Below are positions 42,797 through 55,116 of a stretch of 64,000 bases of DNA, in pieces. The stretch is from Terriglobia bacterium (lineage in GTDB: Bacteria > Acidobacteriota > Terriglobia > Bryobacterales > Bryobacteraceae). Position numbers and translations under genes: made by a program. Numbering within the stretch: the stretch's first letter is position 1; each line of letters starts with the position of its first letter. The stretch lies in the NCBI GenBank assembly GCA_963767485.1, contig CAVYDZ010000004.1, positions 109,744-173,743 on the forward strand, read 5' to 3'. The notes under the pieces were generated by a model. It did not search any database and had not been told where the DNA came from. It saw only the letters and a program-made list of their open reading frames with translations.

Positions 42797-44189
42797 ATGC
42801 GTCGAATTCTTCTGCTTTGCTCTATCGGGCTTCTCCACGCTCAGACTAATCCATTCGTCAGCTTCCACGACCCGGTCATCGCTTTGCTCCACGTGCGAGT
42901 CATCGACGGAACCGGTGCGCCGGCCCGTGTCAACCAGTCGATCGTCATCGACCACGGCAACATCGCCACCGTCGGGGACGCCGCTACGCTACCGATCCCG
43001 CGGGACGCCCGTACGCTCGATTTCTCCGGCTCCACCGTCTATCCCGGCTTGATCGGAATGCACGAACACCTGTTCTATCCGGCCCCCGGCGGCAGGCCTC
43101 TCCTCCACGAATTGATGGTTACGGGTCCGGTACTCTATCTAGCTTCCGGCGTAACCACCATGCGCACCGCCGGCTCTATAGAACCCTACACAGACCTCAA
43201 TATCAAAAGCCGGATCGATAAAGGCGCAATGGTCGGCCCCGATATCGATGTTACTGGGCCTTACATTCAAGGTCCCGGCGGTTTCTTTCTGCAAATGCCT
43301 GAAATCCGCACGGCCGAAGAAGCCCGCCGCTTCGTTGATTTCTGGGCTGCAGCCGGCGTGACCTCGTTTAAGGCCTACATGAATATCTCGCACGACGCAC
43401 TTGCCGCCGCGATTCAAACCGCCCACCAGCACCGCATCAAAATCACGGGCCATCTCTGCTCTGTCGGATTCACCGAAGCCGCCGAACTCGGAATCGATAA
43501 TCTGGAGCATGGTCTGTTAGTCGATACGGAGTTCGTACCCGGCAAGCAGCGTGACGTCTGTCCGCAATACCAAGGAGCAGCCCTCGATAAGCTCGATGTC
43601 AAAGGACCGCAAGTGCAGCAGATGATCCATGAGCTGGTCTCGCACAAAGTGGCGGTCACTTCCACTCTCGCGGTGTTCGAAGCGATGATCCCGGGGCGTC
43701 TGCCTCTCTCACGGCGCATGCTGGCGGCCATGTCGCCGGCCGCCCTCAACAGTTATCTCGCCGCCAAGGAACGCGCTGCTGGGTATCCACATTCGCCAGT
43801 CCCGGTGATGCTCAAGAAAGAAATGGAGTTCGAGCGCGAGTTCGTCGCGGCCGGCGGATTGCTCCTTGCAGGTTGCGATCCCACCGGCAACGGCGGTGCG
43901 CTGCCTGGCTTCGGCGACCAGCGCAATTTAGAACTGCTCGTTGAAGCCGGCTTCACTCCCGAACAAGCGATTCGCATTTACTCCTATAACGCGGCGCTCT
44001 ACGAAAACCGCCTGGACCGCATTGGTAGTATCGCCCCCGGCAAGCAGGCCGATTTGGTTGTCGTCACCGGGAACCCCTCTGCGCAAATCGCCGACGTCGA
44101 GAAAGTGAAGTACGTCTTCAAACACGGCGTCGCGCTACGACTCGGAAAAACTAATCGACTCCGTACGAGGCGAAGTCGGAAATTACTAA
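42797..44189 (+). pseudogene. Secreted amidohydrolase family protein, with a frameshift about 20 codons before the stop (about 44128-44135)
   Basis: Contains VRVIDGTGAP...IVIDHGNIATVG...PGLIGMHEHLF. The native-looking end YDSEKLIDSVRGEVGNY-stop (TAA 44187-44189) is in the +1 frame. The sequence ggcgtcgcgctacgac suggests one extra nucleotide. Confidence 0.7.
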
Positions 44190-44201
44190 CCGACCAGGCT
44201 C

Positions 44202-45062
44202 TCAACCGCCGTCACGCGCCCGGCACAGCACGTTGTCGATCAATCGCGTCGCTCCGATCCACACCGCCGCCGCCAGGCGCACATCGCCGCCGATCTCCTC
44301 TACCGGCTGCATCTGCGCGTCTACCGCCTCGAAATACTCAACACGTACCCCCGGCTCGCTCCCAAGCACGTCCAGCGCGCCCCGCTTCACTTCCGCGCTC
44401 CGTCGTTCTCCGCGCGCAATCAATCGCTGCCCTTCCTTGAGCGCCCGAAATAAAATCGGCGCAACGGCCCGTTCTTCCGCCGTGAGCCTCTGATTCCTGG
44501 AACTCAGCGCCAGTCCGTCCGCCTCGCGCACCGTCTGTACCGGCACAATCTCTACCGCAAAGTTTAAGTCCCCGGCCATCCGCTGAATCACGGCAAGCTG
44601 CTGCGCATCCTTCTCCCCGAAAAAGGCCTTATCCGGCTGCACGATGTTAAACAACTTGGCAACGACCGTCGCTACTCCGCGAAAGTGCCCCGGCCGGAAC
44701 GCGCCGCATAGGTGCTTCGCCAAGCGCGGCACATCCACCATGGTTTCCATCTCCGCCGGATACATCTCCCCGGCCGCCGGAGCAAAAATCAGATCCACCC
44801 CGCGCTCCTCGCAAAAGCGGCGATCCGTTTCCAGATTCCGCGCATACCGTTCGTAATCGTCTTTGCGGTCGAACTGGATCGGGTTCACGAAAATCGTGAC
44901 CACCACTGCATCCGCCGCCGCGCGCGCCCGCTCAATCAGCGCTCCATGTCCCGCGTGCAATGCTCCCATGGTTGGCACGCAGCCAATCGAGCGTCCCTGC
45001 TTCCGCGCCTGTGCCACCCATTCCCGCACGGCGCCGATGGTCGTCGCGAGTTCCGCCTTCAT
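44202..45062 (-). CDS. panC: Pantoate--beta-alanine ligase
   Basis: Contains GCVPTMGALHAGHGALIERA, and is collinear with panB with a 4-nt overlap. Confidence 0.9.
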   Translation of the reverse strand: MKAELATTIGAVREWVAQARKQGRSIGCVPTMGALHAGHGALIERARAAADAVVVTIFVNPIQFDRKDDYERYARNLETDRRFCEERGVDLIFAPAAGEMYPAEMETMVDVPRLAKHLCGAFRPGHFRGVATVVAKLFNIVQPDKAFFGEKDAQQLAVIQRMAGDLNFAVEIVPVQTVREADGLALSSRNQRLTAEERAVAPILFRALKEGQRLIARGERRSAEVKRGALDVLGSEPGVRVEYFEAVDAQMQPVEEIGGDVRLAAAVWIGATRLIDNVLCRARDGG

Positions 45063-45880
45063 CCCGCTATTGCCACCGAGTGCTCCGCCGAAGGAAATGC
45101 GCCGCTGCGCACTTCATCAATGTAAACGCGTGCCGCCTGTTCCATAGCGCTCCCCAATTCCGCGTACCGCTTCACGAACTTGGGCACAAACCCTCGATAC
45201 AACCCAAATGCGTCGTAACTCACTAGCACCTGCCCATCGCAATGCGGACCCGCCCCGATCCCGATCGTCGGAATCGCAAGCTCCTTGGTAATCCGGCACG
45301 CGACCGCATCGGGTACACACTCCAGCACTACTGCAAACACGCCCGCTTCCGCCAGCCCATGCGCATCCGCCATCAATTGTTCCGCTTCTTCCTCGCTCTT
45401 GCCCGCGGCGCGGTACCCACCCAGCTTGTGTATCTGCTGCGGCAATAATCCCAGGTGCCCCATGACCGCGATGCCCGCCTCTGTCAACGCGCGCGCCACG
45501 TCGCAAACCGGACCGCCGCCCTCGATTTTCACCGCCGCCGCGCCGCCCTCCTGCATCAGCCTGCCCGCATTGCGAATCGCCTCATACGTGCCCATTTGAT
45601 AGGTCAGAAACGGCATGTCCGTCACGATCAACGCCCTCTCGGTACCGTTTGCCACGGCCCGCGAATGATGAACCATCATGTCTATCGTCACGCCGACCGT
45701 AGTTTCCTGCCCTGCGATCACCATGCCCAGCGAATCGCCCACTAAGAGCACGTCGATTCCCGCGCCATCCATAATGCGCGCCATAGTGGCGTCATAGGCA
45801 GTCAACATGGTAATCTTCTGCCCGCCGCGCTTCATTTCGAGAAGGCCGGGCACACGCACCCTCTCGCCTCGTTTTGCCAT
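45059..45880 (-). CDS. panB: 3-methyl-2-oxobutanoate hydroxymethyltransferase
   Basis: Contains KITMLTAYD...DVLLVGDSLGMV...TDMPFLTY...AVKIEGG. Confidence 0.9.
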   Translation of the reverse strand: MAKRGERVRVPGLLEMKRGGQKITMLTAYDATMARIMDGAGIDVLLVGDSLGMVIAGQETTVGVTIDMMVHHSRAVANGTERALIVTDMPFLTYQMGTYEAIRNAGRLMQEGGAAAVKIEGGGPVCDVARALTEAGIAVMGHLGLLPQQIHKLGGYRAAGKSEEEAEQLMADAHGLAEAGVFAVVLECVPDAVACRITKELAIPTIGIGAGPHCDGQVLVSYDAFGLYRGFVPKFVKRYAELGSAMEQAARVYIDEVRSGAFPSAEHSVAIAG

Positions 45881-46009
45881 ATCTACTTATGATCGCCGGA
45901 GCGCTTAGCGAATTTTCTTCAGTAGCTCCGGAAGCTCTTTCGCCGGGGACAATTCGACGTGCGTCAAACAACTTGCCCATCCAGAACCGGAATCCGATAC
46001 TCTGCTGGA

Positions 46010-46450
46010 ATGCGTCCTCAACCTCTAATCGCGGTGACCGATGTGGAAGCAAGCAGCAAATGGTACCAGCGTCTGCTCGGCTGCCGCAGCAACCATGGCG
46101 GCAGCGCTTATGAACAATTGGTTTCGAATGGCGAACTTGTGCTTCAATTACACAGCTTCGCAATAGAGCATCATCACGGTTCGATAGGCGATCCGCACGA
46201 TCAGCCCTACGGAAACGGCGTTTTGCTGTGGTTTGAAGTTGATGATTTCGAAGATGTAATCAAGCGTTCCAGCGAGATGGGCGTCGAGATCGTTATACCC
46301 CGGCATCGAAATCCCCCGGACGGTCAGGGCGGTCCGAATCATTGGGAATGTTGGATGCGGGATCCGGACGGATATATCGTCGTAGTCGCGAGTCCCTACG
46401 GAACGGCGGATGGGTCCTGGCGTCCAGATAAAAACCCGTTTAGCGGGTAA
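46010..46450 (+). CDS. VOC (glyoxalase/bleomycin-resistance) family protein
   Basis: N-terminus MRPQPLIAVTDVEASSKWYQRLLG, with a paired beta-alpha-beta-beta-beta-like layout. About 146 aa. Confidence 0.6.
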   Translation: MRPQPLIAVTDVEASSKWYQRLLGCRSNHGGSAYEQLVSNGELVLQLHSFAIEHHHGSIGDPHDQPYGNGVLLWFEVDDFEDVIKRSSEMGVEIVIPRHRNPPDGQGGPNHWECWMRDPDGYIVVVASPYGTADGSWRPDKNPFSG

Positions 46451-46491
46451 GTCTAATTGCGAGCGGAGCGATCCGTTTCGAAGCTCACCGC

Positions 46492-47268
46492 TCAAGCATG
46501 GTGACGCCACCGCGCCGGCCGCTTCTCGAGAAACGCTCTAATTCCCTCCTGCGCCTCGGGCCCCTGCGCGTTCGCGCTCATCGTTTGGCTGGCCAGCGCA
46601 TAAGCCCGCGTCTGGTCGAGCTCGGCTTGTTTATAAAACGCATTTTTGCCGATCCCGACGACAACCCGGCTGGCTTCGGCAATGCGCTCCGCAAGCGACC
46701 TGGTAGCGGACCGTAGATTGGCCGCCGGCACGACCCGGTTCACCAGTCCCCATTCCGCGGCCCTATAGGCGTCGATCGGATCCCCGGTAAGCAGCATTTC
46801 CATTGCGCGCTTTCGGCCAATCGAGCGAGTTAAAGCCACCATTGGAGTCGAGCAGAACAGCCCGATGCGCACGCCCGGAGTTGCAAAGGAGGCGTTCTCC
46901 GATGCAATAGCCAGATCGCAGCTCGCGACAAGCTGGCACCCGGCCGCCGTTGCCAGCCCCTGCACCTCTGCTATCACCGGCTGCGGGACGGATTGGATCT
47001 TCGCCATGAGGTGTGTGCACGCGCAGAAGATCCGCTTGTAATCGGAAGGATGCTGTTCGAGCATTTCGCTCAGATCGTGGCCCGAAGAGAAAACTGGCCC
47101 TTCCGAGGCGAGAATGATTACCTGAACCGCGCTGTCTACTTCCAGCCGATGCAGACACTCCAGAAGTTCCAGAGTCAGATCAATCGAGAGCGCATTGCGG
47201 CGTTCCGGGCGATTCAGAGTAACGGTGGCGATCCCGTTTTCGATGTTCGAATACAGACTTGAGTTCAC
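46492..47268 (-). CDS. Enoyl-CoA hydratase/isomerase (crotonase) family protein
   Basis: Contains IATVTLNRPERRNALS...VFSSGHDL...QGLATAAGCQLVASCDLAIA. GTG start behind GAGGTG. Confidence 0.85.
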   Translation of the reverse strand: MNSSLYSNIENGIATVTLNRPERRNALSIDLTLELLECLHRLEVDSAVQVIILASEGPVFSSGHDLSEMLEQHPSDYKRIFCACTHLMAKIQSVPQPVIAEVQGLATAAGCQLVASCDLAIASENASFATPGVRIGLFCSTPMVALTRSIGRKRAMEMLLTGDPIDAYRAAEWGLVNRVVPAANLRSATRSLAERIAEASRVVVGIGKNAFYKQAELDQTRAYALASQTMSANAQGPEAQEGIRAFLEKRPARWRHHA

Positions 47269-47923
47269 GGAACACCTCGAATCTATTGTGCGTCAAAACT
47301 GCGCTCGCGTGTGCATAATTTAGAGCTGCGCGAACCGATCGGCGAAAGGCCACCGTGCGCGCAAACGCTACGGTACTGCTGTGCCCGTTCGCTGGATGTG
47401 CCCAGTACTGCTTCAAGTTGTCCCATTGCTGCAGAAACGAATCCTTCAAATCCTTGGGCGCCGCTTCCGCCAGTGCCGCCGCAATCTCGCTCGCGTAGGG
47501 CAATATTCGTGAATGAGCTAGAAACGGGGGGGCCGGGGCCGGCACAAACGCCACCAGAATCGCCGCCAATCCCGCTACCACCAAAATCCCGCGGAAAAAG
47601 CCCGCTACTCCCCCCAGAAAATGGTCAAACCACGAAAGCCCGATCCATCGGAAGATGCGCGCCAGCAGCGCCGCTATGAGCGACCCCACGATCAATACCC
47701 CCACAAAAATCGCCACGAATCCCAAAATATCCGCCAGCGCCGCGGTTCCCACATACGGCTGCAAATTCGCCGCCACCAGCCGGTAACACCAAAACCCCAG
47801 CAGCACCCCGACCACCGTCGCAACCAATCCCACCACCACCCGCGCCAGTCCCGAACGCAATCCGGCGATTACCGACATCAGAATCAAAATCAGGATCACC
47901 ACGTCGAACCAGTTCAGCGGCAT
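47180..47923 (-). CDS. cvpA: CvpA-family membrane protein; the 3' tail is questionable
   Basis: N-terminus MPLNWFDVVILILILMSVIAGLRSGLARVV is typical of CvpA. The last roughly 65 aa are Arg-rich and overlap the next gene by 89 nt. Confidence 0.6.
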   Translation of the reverse strand: MPLNWFDVVILILILMSVIAGLRSGLARVVVGLVATVVGVLLGFWCYRLVAANLQPYVGTAALADILGFVAIFVGVLIVGSLIAALLARIFRWIGLSWFDHFLGGVAGFFRGILVVAGLAAILVAFVPAPAPPFLAHSRILPYASEIAAALAEAAPKDLKDSFLQQWDNLKQYWAHPANGHSSTVAFARTVAFRRSVRAALNYAHASAVLTHNRFEVFRELKSVFEHRKRDRHRYSESPGTPQCALD

Positions 47924-47929
47924 ACCCTC

Positions 47930-48796
47930 TCAGCCCCGCCCGGTAATTCGCGCATACGCTTCCTGATACTTCTCGCTCGTCTTCTTCACCACCGCATCCG
48001 GCAGCTTCGGAGCCGGCGGCTTTTTATCCCAATCGAGCGTCTCCAGGTAATCGCGCACATACTGCTTGTCGAAAGAAAACTGCGCTGCTCCCGGCCGGTA
48101 CGTATCCGCCGGCCAATAGCGCGACGAGTCCGGCGTCAGCACTTCGTCGGCCAGCACCAGATCGTCTCCCACGAAACCAAATTCGAACTTGGTGTCCGCC
48201 AGAATGATTCCGCGGTCGCGCGCGTAGTCAGCCGCTTTCCCGTAAATCATGAGCGTTAACTCCCGCAGTCGCTCAGCCAGATCGCGCCCCACCTGTCTGG
48301 CAGCCGTTTCAAACGATATATTTTCGTCATGGCCCGTGTGCGCCTTTGCGGCCGGCGTAAAGATCGGTTCCGGCAGTCGATCGCCATCGCGCAATCCCTT
48401 CGGTAGCGGAATCCCGCACACCGTGCCGTTCCCTTGATACTCCCTCCAACCCGAACCCGCCAAATATCCGCGCGCCACACACTCCACGGGAATCATCCGC
48501 GCCTTCTTCACCAGCATCGACCGTCCAGCCACCTCTGCCGGACATCCGGTCCCGTCCGCCGTGGCCAGGTGCGACGGTATGATGTCCCGCAAGAAGTCGA
48601 ACCAGAAAAGCGACATCTGCGTCAGCACTCTGCCTTTGCATGGAATGCCGCTGCCCAACACGCAATCGAACGCCGAGATCCTGTCTGTCGCGACAAACAG
48701 CAGAGTCTCGCCTGCGTCGTAAATATCCCGCACCTTGCCGCGCCCAACCAGCGGCAGCGGCAGCCTGGTCTCGAGCACTACCTCGTCAGAACACAT
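47930..48796 (-). CDS. purC: Phosphoribosylaminoimidazole-succinocarboxamide synthase
   Basis: Contains [25 protein letters not shown]...[10 protein letters not shown]. Confidence 0.9.
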   Translation of the reverse strand: MCSDEVVLETRLPLPLVGRGKVRDIYDAGETLLFVATDRISAFDCVLGSGIPCKGRVLTQMSLFWFDFLRDIIPSHLATADGTGCPAEVAGRSMLVKKARMIPVECVARGYLAGSGWREYQGNGTVCGIPLPKGLRDGDRLPEPIFTPAAKAHTGHDENISFETAARQVGRDLAERLRELTLMIYGKAADYARDRGIILADTKFEFGFVGDDLVLADEVLTPDSSRYWPADTYRPGAAQFSFDKQYVRDYLETLDWDKKPPAPKLPDAVVKKTSEKYQEAYARITGRG

Positions 48797-48941
48797 CGTT
48801 TCTTATTGAGTATCCCAGAGGACTCGCGCCTCGGCGCTTTACTCCGTGCGCGACTCCGCCCGCCCCCGGCCTACAAATCCCCGTATTTGTTCGTATGAGC
48901 CGAAGCTACATATATCCGTCTAACCGATCAGGAGAGTAGAG

Positions 48942-49448
48942 ATGAAAACGATTTGCGCAGCTTTACTTAGCAGTGGACTCATGTGTTTGCCAATGATGGC
49001 GCAGAACACAGGAACCGCGGCAACATCGGATCAGGCCTTTGTCGATATGGCTGCTCAGACGGATATGACGGAAGCACATTTAGGCCAAATGGCCGCGGAC
49101 CAGGCAGGTTCCCAGGCGGTCAAGGATTATGCGCAAACGCTGGTAACCGATCACACAGCCGATTACAACGCTCTAACGGCAGCGGCCACCAAGGCTAACT
49201 TGACCGTGCCGAAAGGGCTGGATGCAAAGCAGATGAAGATGATCGCCCCGTTCGACAAGCTGCACGGTAAGGCGTTCGATCATCGCTATATTCATGACAT
49301 GATCTCGGGCCACGAAGCGGCTATCGCTGCTTATAACAAAGAAACGCGCGATGGGCAGAATGCCGATCTGAAGGCGTACGCTACGCAGGCACTTCCCACC
49401 CTCGAAAAGCATGAGACCGGAGCGAAGGACCTGCTGAAGGCCAAGTAA
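48942..49448 (+). CDS. DUF4142 domain protein (secreted)
   Basis: Signal peptide. Duplicated ferritin-like four-helix pattern DQAFVDMAAQTDMTEAHLGQMA...VKDYAQTLVTDHT...FDHRYIHDMISGHEAAI. Confidence 0.7.
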   Translation: MKTICAALLSSGLMCLPMMAQNTGTAATSDQAFVDMAAQTDMTEAHLGQMAADQAGSQAVKDYAQTLVTDHTADYNALTAAATKANLTVPKGLDAKQMKMIAPFDKLHGKAFDHRYIHDMISGHEAAIAAYNKETRDGQNADLKAYATQALPTLEKHETGAKDLLKAK

Positions 49449-49466
49449 AGCTCGCCTGCGGGCTGC

Positions 49467-50678
49467 TCACGTTTCTGAAGAAGCTCTGCAGCCCATCAGT
49501 ACCCAGGCGCCCAGGAGAAGCGGAAGCGTGGCAATCCACGAGACCTGCGAATACAAGTGCATGTCGCCTAACTTACCGATGAGCGGCGAAATTAGCGTTT
49601 GCATGACGCCGAACGCAAAAGTAAGCACAGCGATCGCGAACCCTGCCCGCTGCGGTCCGAAAAGGTCGATCGGCAACGCGTAGATGTTCACGCTGCCGGC
49701 CAGCACAAAGAAGTAGCTGACGGAGATAAAACCTGTTGCCCAGGCTGCGTTGGGCGAGAGGGGCAGGAATAGGGTAAGCAGGGAACCCAGTGCGCTCACC
49801 CATACGGCATTTCGGCGAGCCCGCAGCGCGCCCTGTTTCCGTTTCATCCAGCGCAGCGACAACCAGCCGCCAAAGAATCCGCCGGCATTTGAGAGTAACG
49901 GCGGGATCCAGACGTAATACGCGGTTTGGCGCAGCGTGAGCTGATGCACGTGAATCAAGTACAGCGTCAGCCAGTTGGACCACAGCGAATACGCAGTCAT
50001 CCATAAGACATTCGCCCCCGCCAACAAAAGCAGATTACGGTCGCGCAACATCGCGAAGCCGCTCCGCACAGGGCTTTCTGTGCTCCGCAACAGTTCCGAT
50101 CCGCGGTATTGCGCGGGAATCATGCGATTCACAGCCAGCCATACCGGAATCCACACAAGCCCGAGCACTCCATTCACAAGGAATGGTTCGCGCCAGCTAT
50201 GCACCACCGCGTAACCGATCCATAACGGGCCGATAATCGTCGCCAGGCTCAACCCGATCTGGTTTGCCGCTGCTCCTAATGCCCGTTCTTCCGGCTTGAG
50301 ATAAATGCCGTTCAACTTTCCAACCGCCGCCACGCCAGCCGATTCGCCAACGCCCAAAGCCGCGCGCCAGAACGCGAGGCCGCCGAACGATCGGATGAGG
50401 CCGTGCCCGATCGCTGAGAGGGACCACCACCCCACGGCGCCCGAAATCGTGCGATTAATCCCGATGCGATCGAGCAGCCAGCCCGCCCCGAGCGAACTCA
50501 CCGCATACGTAATTGAGAACATGGAGATGAGCAAGCCGTATTGCGTCTGGTTGAAATGCAGGCTTGCCATCACCAGGGGCGCAAGCAGACTGAGCAGGTT
50601 GCGGTCGAGATAATTGAGGGTTGACGACACGATAAACACACTCACCGCAACCCAGCGCAAAGAGAAACTCGAAGGCAT
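49467..50678 (-). CDS. MFS transporter
   Basis: 403 aa, 12 predicted TM segments, MFS-like loop GWLLDRIGINRT. Confidence 0.75.
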   Translation of the reverse strand: MPSSFSLRWVAVSVFIVSSTLNYLDRNLLSLLAPLVMASLHFNQTQYGLLISMFSITYAVSSLGAGWLLDRIGINRTISGAVGWWSLSAIGHGLIRSFGGLAFWRAALGVGESAGVAAVGKLNGIYLKPEERALGAAANQIGLSLATIIGPLWIGYAVVHSWREPFLVNGVLGLVWIPVWLAVNRMIPAQYRGSELLRSTESPVRSGFAMLRDRNLLLLAGANVLWMTAYSLWSNWLTLYLIHVHQLTLRQTAYYVWIPPLLSNAGGFFGGWLSLRWMKRKQGALRARRNAVWVSALGSLLTLFLPLSPNAAWATGFISVSYFFVLAGSVNIYALPIDLFGPQRAGFAIAVLTFAFGVMQTLISPLIGKLGDMHLYSQVSWIATLPLLLGAWVLMGCRASSET

Positions 50679-50693
50679 AGTAGGGAAACATCC

Positions 50694-51797
50694 ATGATCG
50701 GCTACCGCAAAATCAATCGCCGCGAGGCACTGCAGTACTCGGGCGCCGTGGCTGCTTTGCTGGCCGCTAAGACCGGTATGGGCAGCACGGAAGACCTCGC
50801 GCCGGCAGGAGCAATCACCGACGTAGGCAATCTACGCGTCGGGCATTACACCGACCCGCGCCGGCCGACAGGCTGCACGGTCATCCTTTTCGAACCGGGC
50901 GCAGTGGCCGGCGTCGACGTGCGCGGATCTGCGCCCGGCACACGCGAAACAGATCTGCTTAACCCGCTAAATACCGTCCAGCAAGTAAACGCAATTGTCT
51001 TATCCGGCGGCAGCGCTTTCGGCCTCGATGTTGCGAGCGGCGTGATGCGCTATCTCGAAGAGCAAAAGCGCGGCTATCACGCCGGGAATGTGATCGTGCC
51101 CATCGTGCCCGCGGCAATTCTGTTCGACCTGAATGTGGGCGACCCGAGCATCCGTCCCGATGCGCGTTCCGGCTATGCAGCGTGCCAGGCCGCAAAGGCA
51201 GGGACAGTGGAAGAAGGGAACGTGGGCGCCGGCTCCGGAGCCACAATCGGAAAATTCTTCGGCCCTCACTCGGCGATGAAGTCGGGCTTGGGTACCGCTA
51301 GCATTCAGGTTGGCGACAGCGGACTCGTGGTCGGCGCAATCGTTGCTGTCAACGCGATAGGCGACGTGATCGATCGCAAAACCGGCCATATTCTGGCAGG
51401 AGCGGTTGCACCCGGCGGATCGAAATTCCACAACAGCATGGCGCATATTGCAAGCGGCGGTTTGCTCGCCCAAACACGGACTCGGCACGAACAGGGCGAG
51501 AACACAACCATCGGCCTGATCGCCACCAACGCCGCGCTTACCAAAACAGAAATGACGAAAGTGGCCCAGATGGCGCACGACGGGCTGGCGCGCAGCATCA
51601 ATCCCGTTCACACAGCCGCCGATGGCGACACCATTTTCGCCGCTTGCACCGGTACTTCGAAAGTAAAAGCGGATACCATCACCATTGGCGCAGTCGCGGC
51701 AGAAGCCATGTCGAACGCAATCGAACGTGCCGTATTGATGGCCAAAAGTATCCCGGGATATCGCGCGCGCTGCGATCTGCCGAAAAACTTGCGTTAG
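50694..51797 (+). CDS. P1/S58 family peptidase (DmpA-type aminopeptidase)
   Basis: Tat-like leader. Contains NLRVGHYTD...TGCTVILFE...AGVDVRGSAPGTRETDLL...NAIVLSGGSAFGL. Confidence 0.75.
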   Translation: MIGYRKINRREALQYSGAVAALLAAKTGMGSTEDLAPAGAITDVGNLRVGHYTDPRRPTGCTVILFEPGAVAGVDVRGSAPGTRETDLLNPLNTVQQVNAIVLSGGSAFGLDVASGVMRYLEEQKRGYHAGNVIVPIVPAAILFDLNVGDPSIRPDARSGYAACQAAKAGTVEEGNVGAGSGATIGKFFGPHSAMKSGLGTASIQVGDSGLVVGAIVAVNAIGDVIDRKTGHILAGAVAPGGSKFHNSMAHIASGGLLAQTRTRHEQGENTTIGLIATNAALTKTEMTKVAQMAHDGLARSINPVHTAADGDTIFAACTGTSKVKADTITIGAVAAEAMSNAIERAVLMAKSIPGYRARCDLPKNLR

Positions 51798-51798
51798 C

Positions 51799-55090
<3,292 letters not shown>

Positions 55091-55116
55091 CCATAAGTTT
55101 GCGGGCTTCCCTGAAT

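Noticed and set aside
48797-48941. Purine/ZTP-type riboswitch in the purC leader
   Set aside because: I could not find the conserved ZTP (pfl) or purine riboswitch core motifs in either orientation. The region also serves as the divergent promoter for the DUF4142 gene.
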